Shown in pieces: positions 1 to 9,962 of a DNA stretch of 64,000 bases; within the stretch, counting starts at the first letter, position 1; every line of letters starts with the position of its first letter. The stretch lies in the NCBI RefSeq assembly GCF_913774665.1, contig NZ_CAJYHN010000008.1, one strand, 5' to 3'. The translations under genes were made by a program, and so were the position numbers. The notes under the pieces are model-generated. The model was not told the origin of the DNA and made no database searches. It saw only the letters and a program-made list of their open reading frames with translations. The DNA comes from an uncultured Microbacterium sp. (GTDB lineage Bacteria > Actinomycetota > Actinomycetes > Actinomycetales > Microbacteriaceae).

Positions 1-797
1 GACTGCTCACCATCACGGGCATCGTGGCCGTCGTCGTGGTCGTATGGACGGCGATCGGCTTCGTCACCTTCACCCGCCGCGCCGTGCGCGACACGTTCGG
101 ACTGCCCTTCGACCTGCGCAACTACGTGCTGCTGAAAGCCCGCGACCTGGTCGCGTCGATCCTGTTCGGCATCGCCCTGCTCGTGGGCGCGCTGCTCGGC
201 TCGATCACCACCGGCGCCGTCGATCTGGTGTTCGGGTTGATCGGGTGGGATCGAGAGACGCTCGGCTGGTCGATCGGCGCACGGATCGTGTCGCTCGTGG
301 TCGCCTTCGGCGTGAACACCGTCGCGCTCGCGTCGCTCTTCCGGTTCCTCACTGGCACGACCCTCACCTGGCGCCGCACCTGGCCGGGGGCCGTCGTGGG
401 GGCGACCGGAATGGTGGTGCTGCAGGTCGCCGCGGGCTTCCTCTTCGTCTACACGCCCTCGAACCCGCTGCTCGCGACCTTCACCGTGCTGATCGGATTC
501 CTGCTGTGGTTCCGCTTCATCGGCATCGTGATCCTCGTCGCGGCGGCCTGGATCGCCGTCGCCGCGGGTGATCGCGACGTGCCGCTTCGTTCTCCCGAGG
601 ACCGACTCGCGATGGAACAGGCCGCCCTCGTCATCGCCGCCCAGGTGGGGGTGCGCGAGGCGCAGAAGAAGCTCGCTCTCTCGCACTGGCCGTGGCGGTG
701 GCGGGCCAAGCGCAGGCTGAACACCGCGGAGAAGCAGCTGGCACGGGCGCGGGCCGACGTGCCGGCACCGCGTCGGGTTTCGCTCATCCCGGACTGA
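1..797 (+). CDS. YihY/BrkB-family integral membrane protein (5' end outside window)
   Basis: The frame is open from the window edge to the stop at 795-797. The multi-TM sequence (LVASILFGIALLVGALLG..., LIGFLLWFRFIGIVILVAAAW) is typical of the C-terminal half of YihY/BrkB proteins. The listed ORF 24..797 is only the first in-window GTG. Confidence 0.7.
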   Translation, partial: LLTITGIVAVVVVVWTAIGFVTFTRRAVRDTFGLPFDLRNYVLLKARDLVASILFGIALLVGALLGSITTGAVDLVFGLIGWDRETLGWSIGARIVSLVVAFGVNTVALASLFRFLTGTTLTWRRTWPGAVVGATGMVVLQVAAGFLFVYTPSNPLLATFTVLIGFLLWFRFIGIVILVAAAWIAVAAGDRDVPLRSPEDRLAMEQAALVIAAQVGVREAQKKLALSHWPWRWRAKRRLNTAEKQLARARADVPAPRRVSLIPD

Positions 798-851
798 TCC
801 GTCGGCTCGCGCCGTCGGCGGGAGCGCTGTCTCGGTGGGCCGGCTCTCATC

Positions 852-975
852 GGGCTCCTCTCGACGAGCCTCTCTCGACGAGCCCCGTCTCGACGCCCTT
901 CTCTCGACGCCCCCCTCTCGACGAGCCCCCTCTCGACGAGCCCCCTCTCGACGGGCCCCCGCTCGACGGGCCCGA
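852..975. repeat. 14-15 bp tandem minisatellite, about 8 copies (core CTCGACG)
   Basis: CTCGACG recurs at 860, 874, 889, 903, 917, 932, 947 and 962. It lies between the yihY-like gene and xthA. Confidence 0.85.
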
Positions 976-1003
976 TGTCGGAGGTCATCGATAGGCTCGT
1001 CGG

Positions 1004-1852
1004 GTGCCTCGTTCCGTGCGTATCGTCTCCGTCAACGTCAATGGCATCCGTGCCGCCGTCCGCAAGGGCATGGTCGAGTGGCTCGACGCCTCGGGCGCCG
1101 ACATCGTCACTCTGCAAGAGGTGCGGGCCACCACCGACCAGCTCGCCGAGGCCCTCCCCGGGTGGGAGATCGTCAACGACGAAGCCCTCGCGAAGGGGCG
1201 CGCGGGCGTGGCCATCATCAGCCGCCTGCCCGGAGTCGAGACCCGCACGCACCTCGGCCCCGAGCCGCTCGACGCGTCGGGCCGCTGGATCGAGACCGAC
1301 TTCGACATCGACGGCGAGACCGTCACCATCGTCAGCGCCTACGTGCACAGCGGCGAGGTCGACACCCCCAAGCAAGACGCGAAGTGGCTGTTCCTCGACG
1401 CGATGGAGCGTCGCCTCGCCGAGCTGAAGGCCGAGCGCGAACTCGCCCTCGTCACCGGCGACCTCAACGTCGGTCACCGTGAGCTCGACATCAAGAACTG
1501 GCGCGGCAACCGCAAGAACGCCGGGTTCCTCCCGCGCGAGCGGGCGTACTTCGACCGCTTCTTCGGCCCCGCGGGCGAGCAGGTCGAGGGCGTTGACGGG
1601 TCCACCGGCACCGGCCTCGGCTGGATCGACGTGGGCCGTCGCGCCATGGGCGAGGTCGACGGACCGTACACGTTCTGGTCGATGCGCGGAAAGGCCTTCG
1701 ACACCGACAGCGGCTGGCGCATCGATTACCACGTCGCCACGCCCGCTCTGGCCGAGCGCGTCACCTCGTACCGCGTCGATCGCGCCGCCTCGTACGACAC
1801 CCGGTGGAGCGACCACTCCCCCGTGATCGTCGACTACACGCTCGGGCGCTGA
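1004..1852 (+). CDS. xthA: Exodeoxyribonuclease III / AP endonuclease (EEP fold)
   Basis: N-terminal IVSVNVNGIRAA and ADIVTLQEV motifs and C-terminal WSDHSPV motif match the ExoIII family. GTG start. Confidence 0.9.
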   Translation: MPRSVRIVSVNVNGIRAAVRKGMVEWLDASGADIVTLQEVRATTDQLAEALPGWEIVNDEALAKGRAGVAIISRLPGVETRTHLGPEPLDASGRWIETDFDIDGETVTIVSAYVHSGEVDTPKQDAKWLFLDAMERRLAELKAERELALVTGDLNVGHRELDIKNWRGNRKNAGFLPRERAYFDRFFGPAGEQVEGVDGSTGTGLGWIDVGRRAMGEVDGPYTFWSMRGKAFDTDSGWRIDYHVATPALAERVTSYRVDRAASYDTRWSDHSPVIVDYTLGR

Positions 1853-1914
1853 CGTCCGGGGGCGATCAGCCCGGTGCGTCCTGTCCGAGGCGCCCGCCGC
1901 GTCTCGCGCGGAAC

Positions 1915-2192
1915 CGCCCGACCCTCGGCACCCGGTCGCCCATGCCGTACGCGGTACGCCGCGCCGATCGTGGAGACGCCCGACCCTCGGCATCCGGTCG
2001 CCCGTGACGTACGCGGTACGCCGCACCGATCGTGGAGACGCCCGGCCCTCGGCACCCGGTCGCCCATGCCGTACGCGGTACGCCGCACCGATCGTGGAGA
2101 CGCCCGACCCTCGGCACCCGGTCGCCCGTGACGTACGCGGTACGCCGCACCGATCGTGGAGACGCCCGACGATCGGCATCCGGTCGCCCCGC
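1915..2192. repeat. 62-bp tandem repeat, about 4.4 copies, with A-B-A-B alternation
   Basis: The anchor ACCCTCGG recurs at 1921, 1983, 2045, 2107 and (degenerate) 2169. Odd units carry CCCATGCCGTACGCG and even units carry CCCGTGACGTACGCG. Confidence 0.9.
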
Positions 2193-2284
2193 GCCGGAGG
2201 CGGTGCACCGGATCTGACGCCGGGTCGGGTGTCGGCATCCGGAAACGATCTCGACGGCGGGATCGCCTCGCGCGCGCGGCCTAG

Positions 2285-3298
<1,014 letters not shown>

Positions 3299-3394
3299 TC
3301 CTCCGGCTGCCCGACGCCCGCGCGCTCCCTCGGGGGTGTGCGGGCGTCGGCGTTGAGCCGCACGTGAGTGGGACACGAGCAGCGTGCGCTGCGG

Positions 3395-3945
3395 GGCTGT
3401 CGCCTGCACAACTCCTGCATATCCGCCCGCCGCGCAGACCCCCACCCGTTGCGGCCCCGAATTGCAGGAGTTCTGCGCATCGAACGGCCCCCGCGCGCAG
3501 GCTCCGCAACGTCGCTCGCGCCACGGCCCACGGCCCGCCGTCGTCCGGGCCCCGGCACAACTCCTGCACATCGGCCCGCCGCGCCGGTTCCACCCGTTCC
3601 GGCCCCTGAATTGCAGGAGTTGTGCGCATCGAACGACCTGCGCGCGCAGGCTCGCGCAACGCTGCTCGCGCACGGCACACGGCGCATGCCCACGGCCCAC
3701 GGCCGTCCGCGCCCCCGCACAACTCCTGCAGATGAGCCCGCCGCGCCGGTTTCCACCCGTTCCGGCCCCCGAATTGCAGGAGTTGTGCGCATCGAACGGC
3801 CCCCGCGCGCGGGCTCGCGCGACGTCGCTCGCGCACGGCCCACGGCCCGCAGTCGTCCGCGCCCCCGCACAACTCCTGCACAGCGGTCCGCCGCGCAGGC
3901 TCCCACCCCTTCCGACCCCGGACTGCAGGAGTCGTGCGGTCAGCG
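3395..3945. repeat. Array of 4 hairpin units (family R1), period about 149-162 bp
   Basis: GCACAACTCCTGCA occurs at 3406, 3555, 3717 and 3867. Each is paired about 42 nt downstream with its reverse complement, TTGCAGGAGTT(G/C)TGCGC, at 3461, 3611, 3773 and 3922. Confidence 0.9.
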
Positions 3946-4106
3946 GGACCTCGCGCACACCCGGCCCGCGGTATCTGCCACCTGCCCGACGCGAAGTCGG
4001 CGGACGCCCGCCCACCTCAGATCCCGCCGACGACGGGTACGTCCCGACCTGACCCCCCGATGCAGGAATCGCGCGGGGAGAGCAGGGCTCTGCGCTCCGC
4101 GCGCGG

Positions 4107-4195
4107 TGTCAGCGCCGGAGCGGCGGCGCGCGCGACGTCAGCGCCGGAGCCCCGGCGCGCGCGGCATCAGCGCCGGAGCCGCGGCTTCAGCCCCG
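4107..4195. repeat. 29-bp tandem repeat x3 (TCAGCGCCGGAGC...)
   Basis: Copies start at 4109, 4138 and 4167. The third copy contains the stop codon of the DUF559-like gene. Confidence 0.75.
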
Positions 4196-4991
4196 CGATC
4201 GCCGCACGAACAGCCTCCGGCTCGTACAGGATCTCCTCCGCGATCAGGCGGAGCGTGACGTATCCCGCCGCTAAGGCGGCGCGATCGCGGCGACGGTCTT
4301 CGCGCTGAGCCTCCCAGGAAGCGTGATGGGCCTTGCTGTCGCACTCGATGATGAGCCACCCCTCCACGACGAAATCGACCCGGCCCACGTGCGCGATCTG
4401 CACCTGCGCTCTCCACCGCAGCCCGAGACCACGCAGCATGAGCCGCACCAGCGTTTCGGGTCCTGATTCCGCCGACGGATCCACGAGTCGCCGCAGGCGC
4501 CGGAAACGGCGCGGGAGCGCAAGAAAGATCTCCCCCAGATCCGCCTCGTCGATGAGTCCACGGTTCCAGGCGCTGTCCAGCGACGCGACCAGGCTCCGCG
4601 GCGGTTGACACGCTGCCGACTGGACGAGAGCCTCGATGATTGGTGCGTGGGTGGCACGAGGAAGCGCGGAGCTCGACCGCCAGTGACTCCGCACGTCACT
4701 CGCCCGCACCGGCAGGCGACTCGCGCCACGATCGAATTGCACGTGGAGGCACCCGACATCGTGCGCGAACACACCGCGTTCGTGAAGCAGGGACAGGCAA
4801 TCCACACGACCCCCGTGCTGCACCGCGCGCAGCACCGGGTCCGACACCCCGGCCGGCAGATACGTGTCCCGTCGGGCGCGCAGCAGACGACCCGATCGGA
4901 CCGCCCGATCGATCTCGCCACGGGTCATCCCCTCGGCACGGAGGTCGCGGTAGGAAGCCGAGGCGGAGGACACGGATCGAGGATCCCCCAC
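4167..4991 (-). CDS. DUF559 / Vsr-like endonuclease-fold domain protein with AbiEi-like N-terminus
   Basis: The C-terminus ESGPETLVRLMLRGLGL...VGRVDFVVEGWLIIECDSKAHH...DRRRDRAALAAGYVTLRL fits the DUF559 pattern. The start is GTG at 4991 or ATG at 4928. The rest of the listed 512-aa ORF is a high-GC artefact. Confidence 0.7.
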   Translation of the reverse strand: MGDPRSVSSASASYRDLRAEGMTRGEIDRAVRSGRLLRARRDTYLPAGVSDPVLRAVQHGGRVDCLSLLHERGVFAHDVGCLHVQFDRGASRLPVRASDVRSHWRSSSALPRATHAPIIEALVQSAACQPPRSLVASLDSAWNRGLIDEADLGEIFLALPRRFRRLRRLVDPSAESGPETLVRLMLRGLGLRWRAQVQIAHVGRVDFVVEGWLIIECDSKAHHASWEAQREDRRRDRAALAAGYVTLRLIAEEILYEPEAVRAAIAGLKPRLRR

Positions 4992-5054
4992 CTGAAGCGG
5001 CCACCGCGGGCTCGCAACGACATCTGGGGATAACTTCCCTCCGCAGCGCGAACG

Positions 5055-5125
5055 GCACACCTCCTGCAGATCCCGCCGACCGGGCCCGCATCCCCCCTCG
5101 CCACACCGAATCGCAGGAGTCGTGC
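5055..5125. repeat. Solo hairpin unit of family R1
   Basis: GCACACCTCCTGCA (5055-5068) pairs with TCGCAGGAGTCGTGC (5111-5125). Confidence 0.75.
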
Positions 5126-5165
5126 ACGTCGACACCACCGCCCGGCGGGCGGGTAGCGTGGCCGG

Positions 5166-5723
5166 ATGCAACCGGAGACCCTGCGCACCACCCGCCTCGA
5201 GCTCTCGGCGCCACACGAGGGAGACGTCGCGGCGATCCACGCGGAGTGCCAGGATGCCGCGATCCAGCGGTTCACGACGGTTCCCTCGCCCTACCTCCCG
5301 GCCGACGCCGAGACCTTCGTCGGGCTGACGCGCGCGTGGTGGGCCGAGGGGTCGGAGGCGACGTGGGCGGTCCGACTCGAGGGGCGACTCGTCGGCATGG
5401 TGGGTCTCGCGAAGCTGCCGACCGGCGGTCCCGAGATCGGTTATTGGATCTCGTCGAGCGTGCGCGGGCAGGGGCTGGCCACCGAGGCCGCCGCAGCGGT
5501 GGTCGACTGGGGCTTCGCGCCCGAGCGACCGGCGGTCCAGCGCATCGAGTGGCGCGCGGTGGTGGGCAACCTCGGGTCGGCGCGCGTGGCACGGGCGCTC
5601 GGCTTCCGCTACGAGGGGCTGCTGCGCCAGGCGGGTGTCAACTCCCTCGGGCGTTCCGACATGTGGGTGGGCGGTTTGCTGCGCGCCGACGCCCGCGACC
5701 CCCACCCTTGGCCCGTGCTGTAG
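5166..5723 (+). CDS. GNAT family N-acetyltransferase (RimJ/RimL-like)
   Basis: TTRLELSAP...GYWISSSVRGQGLATEAAAAVVDWGF...VGNLGSARVARALGFRYEG is the typical acetyl-CoA-binding core. Confidence 0.85.
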   Translation: MQPETLRTTRLELSAPHEGDVAAIHAECQDAAIQRFTTVPSPYLPADAETFVGLTRAWWAEGSEATWAVRLEGRLVGMVGLAKLPTGGPEIGYWISSSVRGQGLATEAAAAVVDWGFAPERPAVQRIEWRAVVGNLGSARVARALGFRYEGLLRQAGVNSLGRSDMWVGGLLRADARDPHPWPVL

Positions 5724-5782
5724 CCGGAGGCAAGGGCGGCACCGATGTCGGGGGTCCGTGGCACCATGGCCGCATGCCGGAG

Positions 5783-6637
5783 ATGCCAGAGGTCGAAGGG
5801 CTCGTCGAGTACCTGCGCGGGCGCGTGACGGGTCTGCGGGTCGACAAGGCCACCGTGTCGGCCATCAACGCGCTCAAGACCTACGACCCGCCGCTGGCGG
5901 CCCTCGTCGGCGCGCGCATCACCGGCATCGAACGCCACGGCAAATTCGTCGACGTGGCCTCCGATGCCGGCATCCACCTCGTGTTCCACCTCGCCAAGGC
6001 GGGGTGGCTGCGCTGGTACGACGCCCTGCCCACGACGATCATCAAGCCCGGAAAGACACCGATAGCGCTGCGCGTGGGCTTCGACGACGGCTCGGGATTC
6101 GACCTCACCGAAGCCGGGACGAAGAAGTCGCTCGCCGTGTACGCCGTGCACTCCCCCGCCGAGGTGCCGGGTATCGCGCGGCTGGGTCCCGATCCGCTGA
6201 GCGAGGGCTTCGACCGAGCGACGTTCGGGTCGCTGCTCGAGGGCCGTCGCACGCAGATCAAGGGCGTGCTGCGCGATCAGTCGATCATCGCGGGGGTCGG
6301 CAACGCCTACTCCGACGAGATCCTGCACGCCGCGAAGATGTCGCCGTACGCCCTGGCGGCGAATCTCACGGATGCCGAGGTCGACCACCTCTACGCCGCG
6401 ATGACGACGACGCTGGCCGAGGCGATCGACGCGGCTCGCGGCAAACCCCCGGCAGAGCTGAAAGATGCCAAGCGCCGCGGCATGCGCGTGCATGGGCGGC
6501 GGGGCGGGGCGTGTCCGGTGTGCGGCGACGAGGTGCGCAGCGTGTTCTTCGCCGACAACTCCCTCGAGTACTGCCCCACCTGTCAGACCGGCGGCAAGAT
6601 GCTCGCCGACCGTCGACTGTCGCGTCTGCTCAAGTGA
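5783..6637 (+). CDS. Fpg/Nei family DNA glycosylase / AP lyase
   Basis: MPEVEG N-terminus (Pro2 nucleophile) and a C-terminal zinc finger CPVCG...CPTCQ. An upstream in-frame ATG at 5774 is possible but would bury the catalytic Pro. Confidence 0.85.
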   Translation: MPEVEGLVEYLRGRVTGLRVDKATVSAINALKTYDPPLAALVGARITGIERHGKFVDVASDAGIHLVFHLAKAGWLRWYDALPTTIIKPGKTPIALRVGFDDGSGFDLTEAGTKKSLAVYAVHSPAEVPGIARLGPDPLSEGFDRATFGSLLEGRRTQIKGVLRDQSIIAGVGNAYSDEILHAAKMSPYALAANLTDAEVDHLYAAMTTTLAEAIDAARGKPPAELKDAKRRGMRVHGRRGGACPVCGDEVRSVFFADNSLEYCPTCQTGGKMLADRRLSRLLK

Positions 6638-6764
6638 CTGCTCCGCGAGACGCTCCGAGCCACACGCAGCGCTACGAGGCCGCAGAGAAATACCACGAAA
6701 CGTCGCTCTATGACCGGGAATGAAACCGCAAGAGGCACGTTGACTAGGATCAGAAGTGCAAAAA

Positions 6765-6909
6765 CGTGCTCCGGGGTCGGTGAGAATCCGAACCGGCGGT
6801 GACAGTCCGCGAACCCCTCCGCTCACGCGGTGGGGCCGATCCGGTGGAATTCCGGGACCGACGGTGATGCGAGGGTCAGCCCCCGCTAGTCCGGATAGGA
6901 GGCAGCACG
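6765..6909 (+). promoter_or_regulatory. FMN riboswitch (RFN element)
   Basis: Conserved cores GGGGTCGGTGAGAATCCGAACCGGCGGTGACAGTCCGCGAACCC and GATCCGGTGGAATTCCGGGACCGACGGT...AGTCCGGATAGGAG. The P1 helix pairs CGTGCTCC with GGAGGCAGCACG. It lies directly upstream of ribD. Confidence 0.9.
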
Positions 6910-6920
6910 GACGGCGCGAC

Positions 6921-6960
6921 GCGCCTTCCCGCTGGCCCTGCCCCGAATCCGCGGGAAGGA
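6921..6960 (+). promoter_or_regulatory. Candidate SD-sequestering hairpin (riboswitch expression platform)
   Basis: CTTCCCGC (6924-6931) is complementary to GCGGGAAG (6951-6958). This overlaps the GGAAGGA Shine-Dalgarno 8 nt before the ribD ATG. Confidence 0.5.
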
Positions 6961-6967
6961 CTGGGAA

Positions 6968-8041
6968 ATGGCATCCGCCGTCGAGATCGACGCCATGCGG
7001 CGAGCGTTGCAGCTCGCCCGGCGCGGCCCGCGCGGGCTCAACCCGCAGGTGGGCGCCGTGATCCTCTCGCCCGCGGGTGAGGTACTCGCCGAGGGCTTCC
7101 ACCGCGGAGCAGGAACCGCGCATGCCGAGGTCGACGCGCTGTCGCAGCTCGCTCCCGGTGCAGCGCGTGGCGCCACCGCCGTGGTCACCCTGGAGCCGTG
7201 CAACCACACCGGTCGCACGGGTCCGTGCGCTGTCGCGCTCATCGAGGCGGGCATCGCGCGCGTGGTCTACGCGCTCGACGACCCCACCGACGCCGCAGCC
7301 GGCGGAGCCGACCGCCTGCGCGCAGCCGGCGTCGACGTCGAAGCGGGGCCCGACGCGGAGTCCGCCGCAGCGCTGGTCGCCGACTGGACGCACCTGCAGC
7401 GCACCGGCCGCCCGCACGTCACGGTCAAGTGGGCGCAGAGCCTCGACGGTCGCGCCGCCGCCGACGACGGCACGAGCCAGTGGATCACCGGCCCCGATGC
7501 CCGCCGCGACGTACACGCGCGCCGCGCCCGCGCCGACGCGATCGTGGCCGGCACCGGCACCGTGCGCTCCGACGACCCCGCGCTGACCGCGCGTGCCGAC
7601 GACGGATCGCTGCTCGAGGGCCAGCCGATGCCCGTCATCATCGGCGAGAGCGAGACGGCTCCGGATGCCGCCGTGCGCCGCCACCCGCGCGCCCCCCTGT
7701 TTTACGCGACGCACGACCTGCATGCGGTGCTCGCCGATCTCGCCGAGCAGGGCGTGCAGCGGGTGTTCGTCGAGGGTGGACCGACCCTCGCGAGCGCGTT
7801 CGTGCGCGAGGGCCTCGCCGACGACCTGCTCGTGTACGTCGCGCCCGTGCTGCTGGGCGGTTCGCGCCTCGCGCTGGGCGACGTCGGCGTGCCGAGCATC
7901 GACGCGGCGAAGCGTCTGTCGGTGGCATCCGTCACCTCCCTCGGCGATGACCTGCTGCTCATCGCCCGCCCGGTCGAGACCACCCCTCGACGCCCCGAGC
8001 CTGTGCCCGCGCTCGCGGGAGAGAACGAAGGAGACGCCTGA
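6968..8041 (+). CDS. ribD: Bifunctional diaminohydroxyphosphoribosylaminopyrimidine deaminase / 5-amino-6-(5-phosphoribosylamino)uracil reductase
   Basis: CMP/dCMP deaminase zinc motif (HAEVDAL...TLEPCNHTGRTGPC) followed by a RibD_C reductase domain. First gene after the FMN riboswitch. Confidence 0.95.
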   Translation: MASAVEIDAMRRALQLARRGPRGLNPQVGAVILSPAGEVLAEGFHRGAGTAHAEVDALSQLAPGAARGATAVVTLEPCNHTGRTGPCAVALIEAGIARVVYALDDPTDAAAGGADRLRAAGVDVEAGPDAESAAALVADWTHLQRTGRPHVTVKWAQSLDGRAAADDGTSQWITGPDARRDVHARRARADAIVAGTGTVRSDDPALTARADDGSLLEGQPMPVIIGESETAPDAAVRRHPRAPLFYATHDLHAVLADLAEQGVQRVFVEGGPTLASAFVREGLADDLLVYVAPVLLGGSRLALGDVGVPSIDAAKRLSVASVTSLGDDLLLIARPVETTPRRPEPVPALAGENEGDA

Positions 8042-8697
8042 TGTTCACCGGAATCGTCGAAGAGATCGGCGCTGTCACGGCCGTCGAGCCCGCGGGCGAC
8101 GGCGTGCGGCTGACGCTGCGCGCCCCGCTGTCGGTATCGGACGCCGGCCATGGCGACTCGATCTCGGTGAGCGGCGTGTGCCTCACCGTCGTCGACCAGG
8201 GCGACGACTGGTTCACCGCCGATGTGATGAAGCAGACCCTCGACATGTCGACGCTCGCCGACGTCGCCCCGGGCCGCCCCGTCAACCTCGAGCGCGCGAC
8301 CGCCGCGCACGGCCGCCTGGGTGGGCACATCGTGCAGGGCCACATCGACGGCACCGGTGTGGTGCGGGAGGTGCGGCCCGGGGCACAGTGGAGCGTCGTG
8401 CGCGTCGGCATCCCGGCCCCCCTCGCGCCGCTCGTGGTCGACAAGGGCTCGATCGCGATCGACGGCGTCTCGCTCACCGTCAGCGCCGTGAGCGAGGCCT
8501 CCGAGCCCGAGCCGTGGCTCGAGGTCTCGCTCATCCCCGAGACCCTCGAGGCCACGACGCTCGGGCGCGCCGAAGCCGGCACGCCCGTGAACCTCGAAAC
8601 CGACATCCTGGCCCGTCATGTCCAGCGCATGCTGGCCTTCCGCACGACAGAGAATCCCGCGGCGACCGCCGCACAGACCGAGAGGGGCTCCGCATGA
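8041..8697 (+). CDS. ribE: Riboflavin synthase alpha chain
   Basis: MFTGIVEEIG N-terminus and duplicated lumazine-binding repeats (SISVSGVCLTV, SIAIDGVSLTV). The start overlaps the ribD stop (TGATG). Confidence 0.95.
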   Translation: MFTGIVEEIGAVTAVEPAGDGVRLTLRAPLSVSDAGHGDSISVSGVCLTVVDQGDDWFTADVMKQTLDMSTLADVAPGRPVNLERATAAHGRLGGHIVQGHIDGTGVVREVRPGAQWSVVRVGIPAPLAPLVVDKGSIAIDGVSLTVSAVSEASEPEPWLEVSLIPETLEATTLGRAEAGTPVNLETDILARHVQRMLAFRTTENPAATAAQTERGSA

Positions 8698-9962
8698 GCC
8701 TGTCCACCATCCCCGAGGCCCTGGAGGCCCTGCGTCAGGGGCGGCCGATCCTGGTCGCCGACGATGAGAACCGCGAGAACGAGGGCGACGTCATCATCTC
8801 GGCGCAGCTCGCGACCCCCGAGTGGCTCGCCTGGACCGTCCGCTGGTCCAGCGGATACGTCTGCGCCCCCATGCCCGCCGAATGGGCCGACCGCCTCGAC
8901 CTGCCGCCCATGGTCGAGGTCAACCAGGACGCCCGCGGCACCGCGTACACGGTCAGCGTCGACGCGGCATCCGGAGTCACCACCGGTATCAGTGCCGCCG
9001 ATCGCGCGCGCACCCTCAACGTGCTGGCCGACCCCGACTCGGTTCCGATCAGCCTCATCCGCCCCGGCCACGTGCTACCGCTGCGCGCCGTCGACGGCGG
9101 GGTCCGCGAGCGCGCGGGCCACACCGAGGCCGCGGTCGACCTCATGCGCCTCGCCGGGCTGGAGCCCGTGGGAGCGATCGCCGAGGTCGTCGCCGAGGAC
9201 GGCAGCATGATGCGTCTGCCGGGACTCTTCGAACTCGGTGAGCGCGACGGCATCCCGGTCATCACGATCGAGCAGCTCATCGGCTACCTCAACGAGACCG
9301 ATCCGCTGCCGGCGACCGCCGCGCCCAAGCGCCGCGTGAGCCTGCGCGCCGAGTCGAACGTGCCCACCTCGCACGGCACCTTCCGCTTCCTGGCCTATAA
9401 GGACCGCGTCACCGGCACGGATCACCTCGCGGTGGTCTCGGGCGACCTCACCGAGACAGCACCTCTCGTGCGCGTGCACTCGGAGTGCCTGACGGGAGAG
9501 GCGTTCGGCTCGCTGAAGTGCGAGTGCGGACCCCAGCTCGAAGCCGCGCTCGACACGATCGACCGCGACGGCGGCATCGTGATCTACATGCGCGGTCACG
9601 AGGGTCGCGGCATCGGCCTCATCAACAAGCTGCGCGCGTACAACCTGCAGGAACGCGGTATGGACACGGTGGATGCCAACCTCGCCCTCGGCCTCCCCGC
9701 CGACGCGCGCGACTACGCGGCCGCCGCCGGCATCCTGACCGACCTCGGTGTCGAGCAGGTGCGTCTGCTCACCAACAACACCGACAAGGTGAACCAGCTG
9801 CGCGGCTTCGGTCTCGACGTCGTCGAACAGGTGCCGCTGCTCGTGGGCGTCGGCCCGAACAACCACCAGTACCTCGAGACGAAGCGCGACCGCATGGGTC
9901 ACATCATCGCCGAGGACGACCTGCGCGACGCCCTCGCGCACATGAAGGAAGAGAGCGCCTGA
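8694..9962 (+). CDS. ribBA: Bifunctional 3,4-dihydroxy-2-butanone-4-phosphate synthase / GTP cyclohydrolase II
   Basis: DDENRENEGDVI (DHBP synthase) and VRVHSECLTGEAFGSLKCECGPQL (GCH II zinc site). ATGA overlap with ribE. Confidence 0.95.
   Translation: MSLSTIPEALEALRQGRPILVADDENRENEGDVIISAQLATPEWLAWTVRWSSGYVCAPMPAEWADRLDLPPMVEVNQDARGTAYTVSVDAASGVTTGISAADRARTLNVLADPDSVPISLIRPGHVLPLRAVDGGVRERAGHTEAAVDLMRLAGLEPVGAIAEVVAEDGSMMRLPGLFELGERDGIPVITIEQLIGYLNETDPLPATAAPKRRVSLRAESNVPTSHGTFRFLAYKDRVTGTDHLAVVSGDLTETAPLVRVHSECLTGEAFGSLKCECGPQLEAALDTIDRDGGIVIYMRGHEGRGIGLINKLRAYNLQERGMDTVDANLALGLPADARDYAAAAGILTDLGVEQVRLLTNNTDKVNQLRGFGLDVVEQVPLLVGVGPNNHQYLETKRDRMGHIIAEDDLRDALAHMKEESA

Noticed and set aside
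4640-5782. Long N-terminal extension of the Fpg/Nei ORF (listed as 665 aa)
   Set aside because: It overlaps the GNAT gene and the DUF559 gene. Fpg/Nei enzymes also need Pro at position 2, which fits the ATG at 5783.
6740-6768. TTGACT as the -35 element of the rib operon promoter
   Set aside because: No acceptable -10 hexamer is present at 16-18 bp spacing, so it cannot be supported without transcription start-site data.
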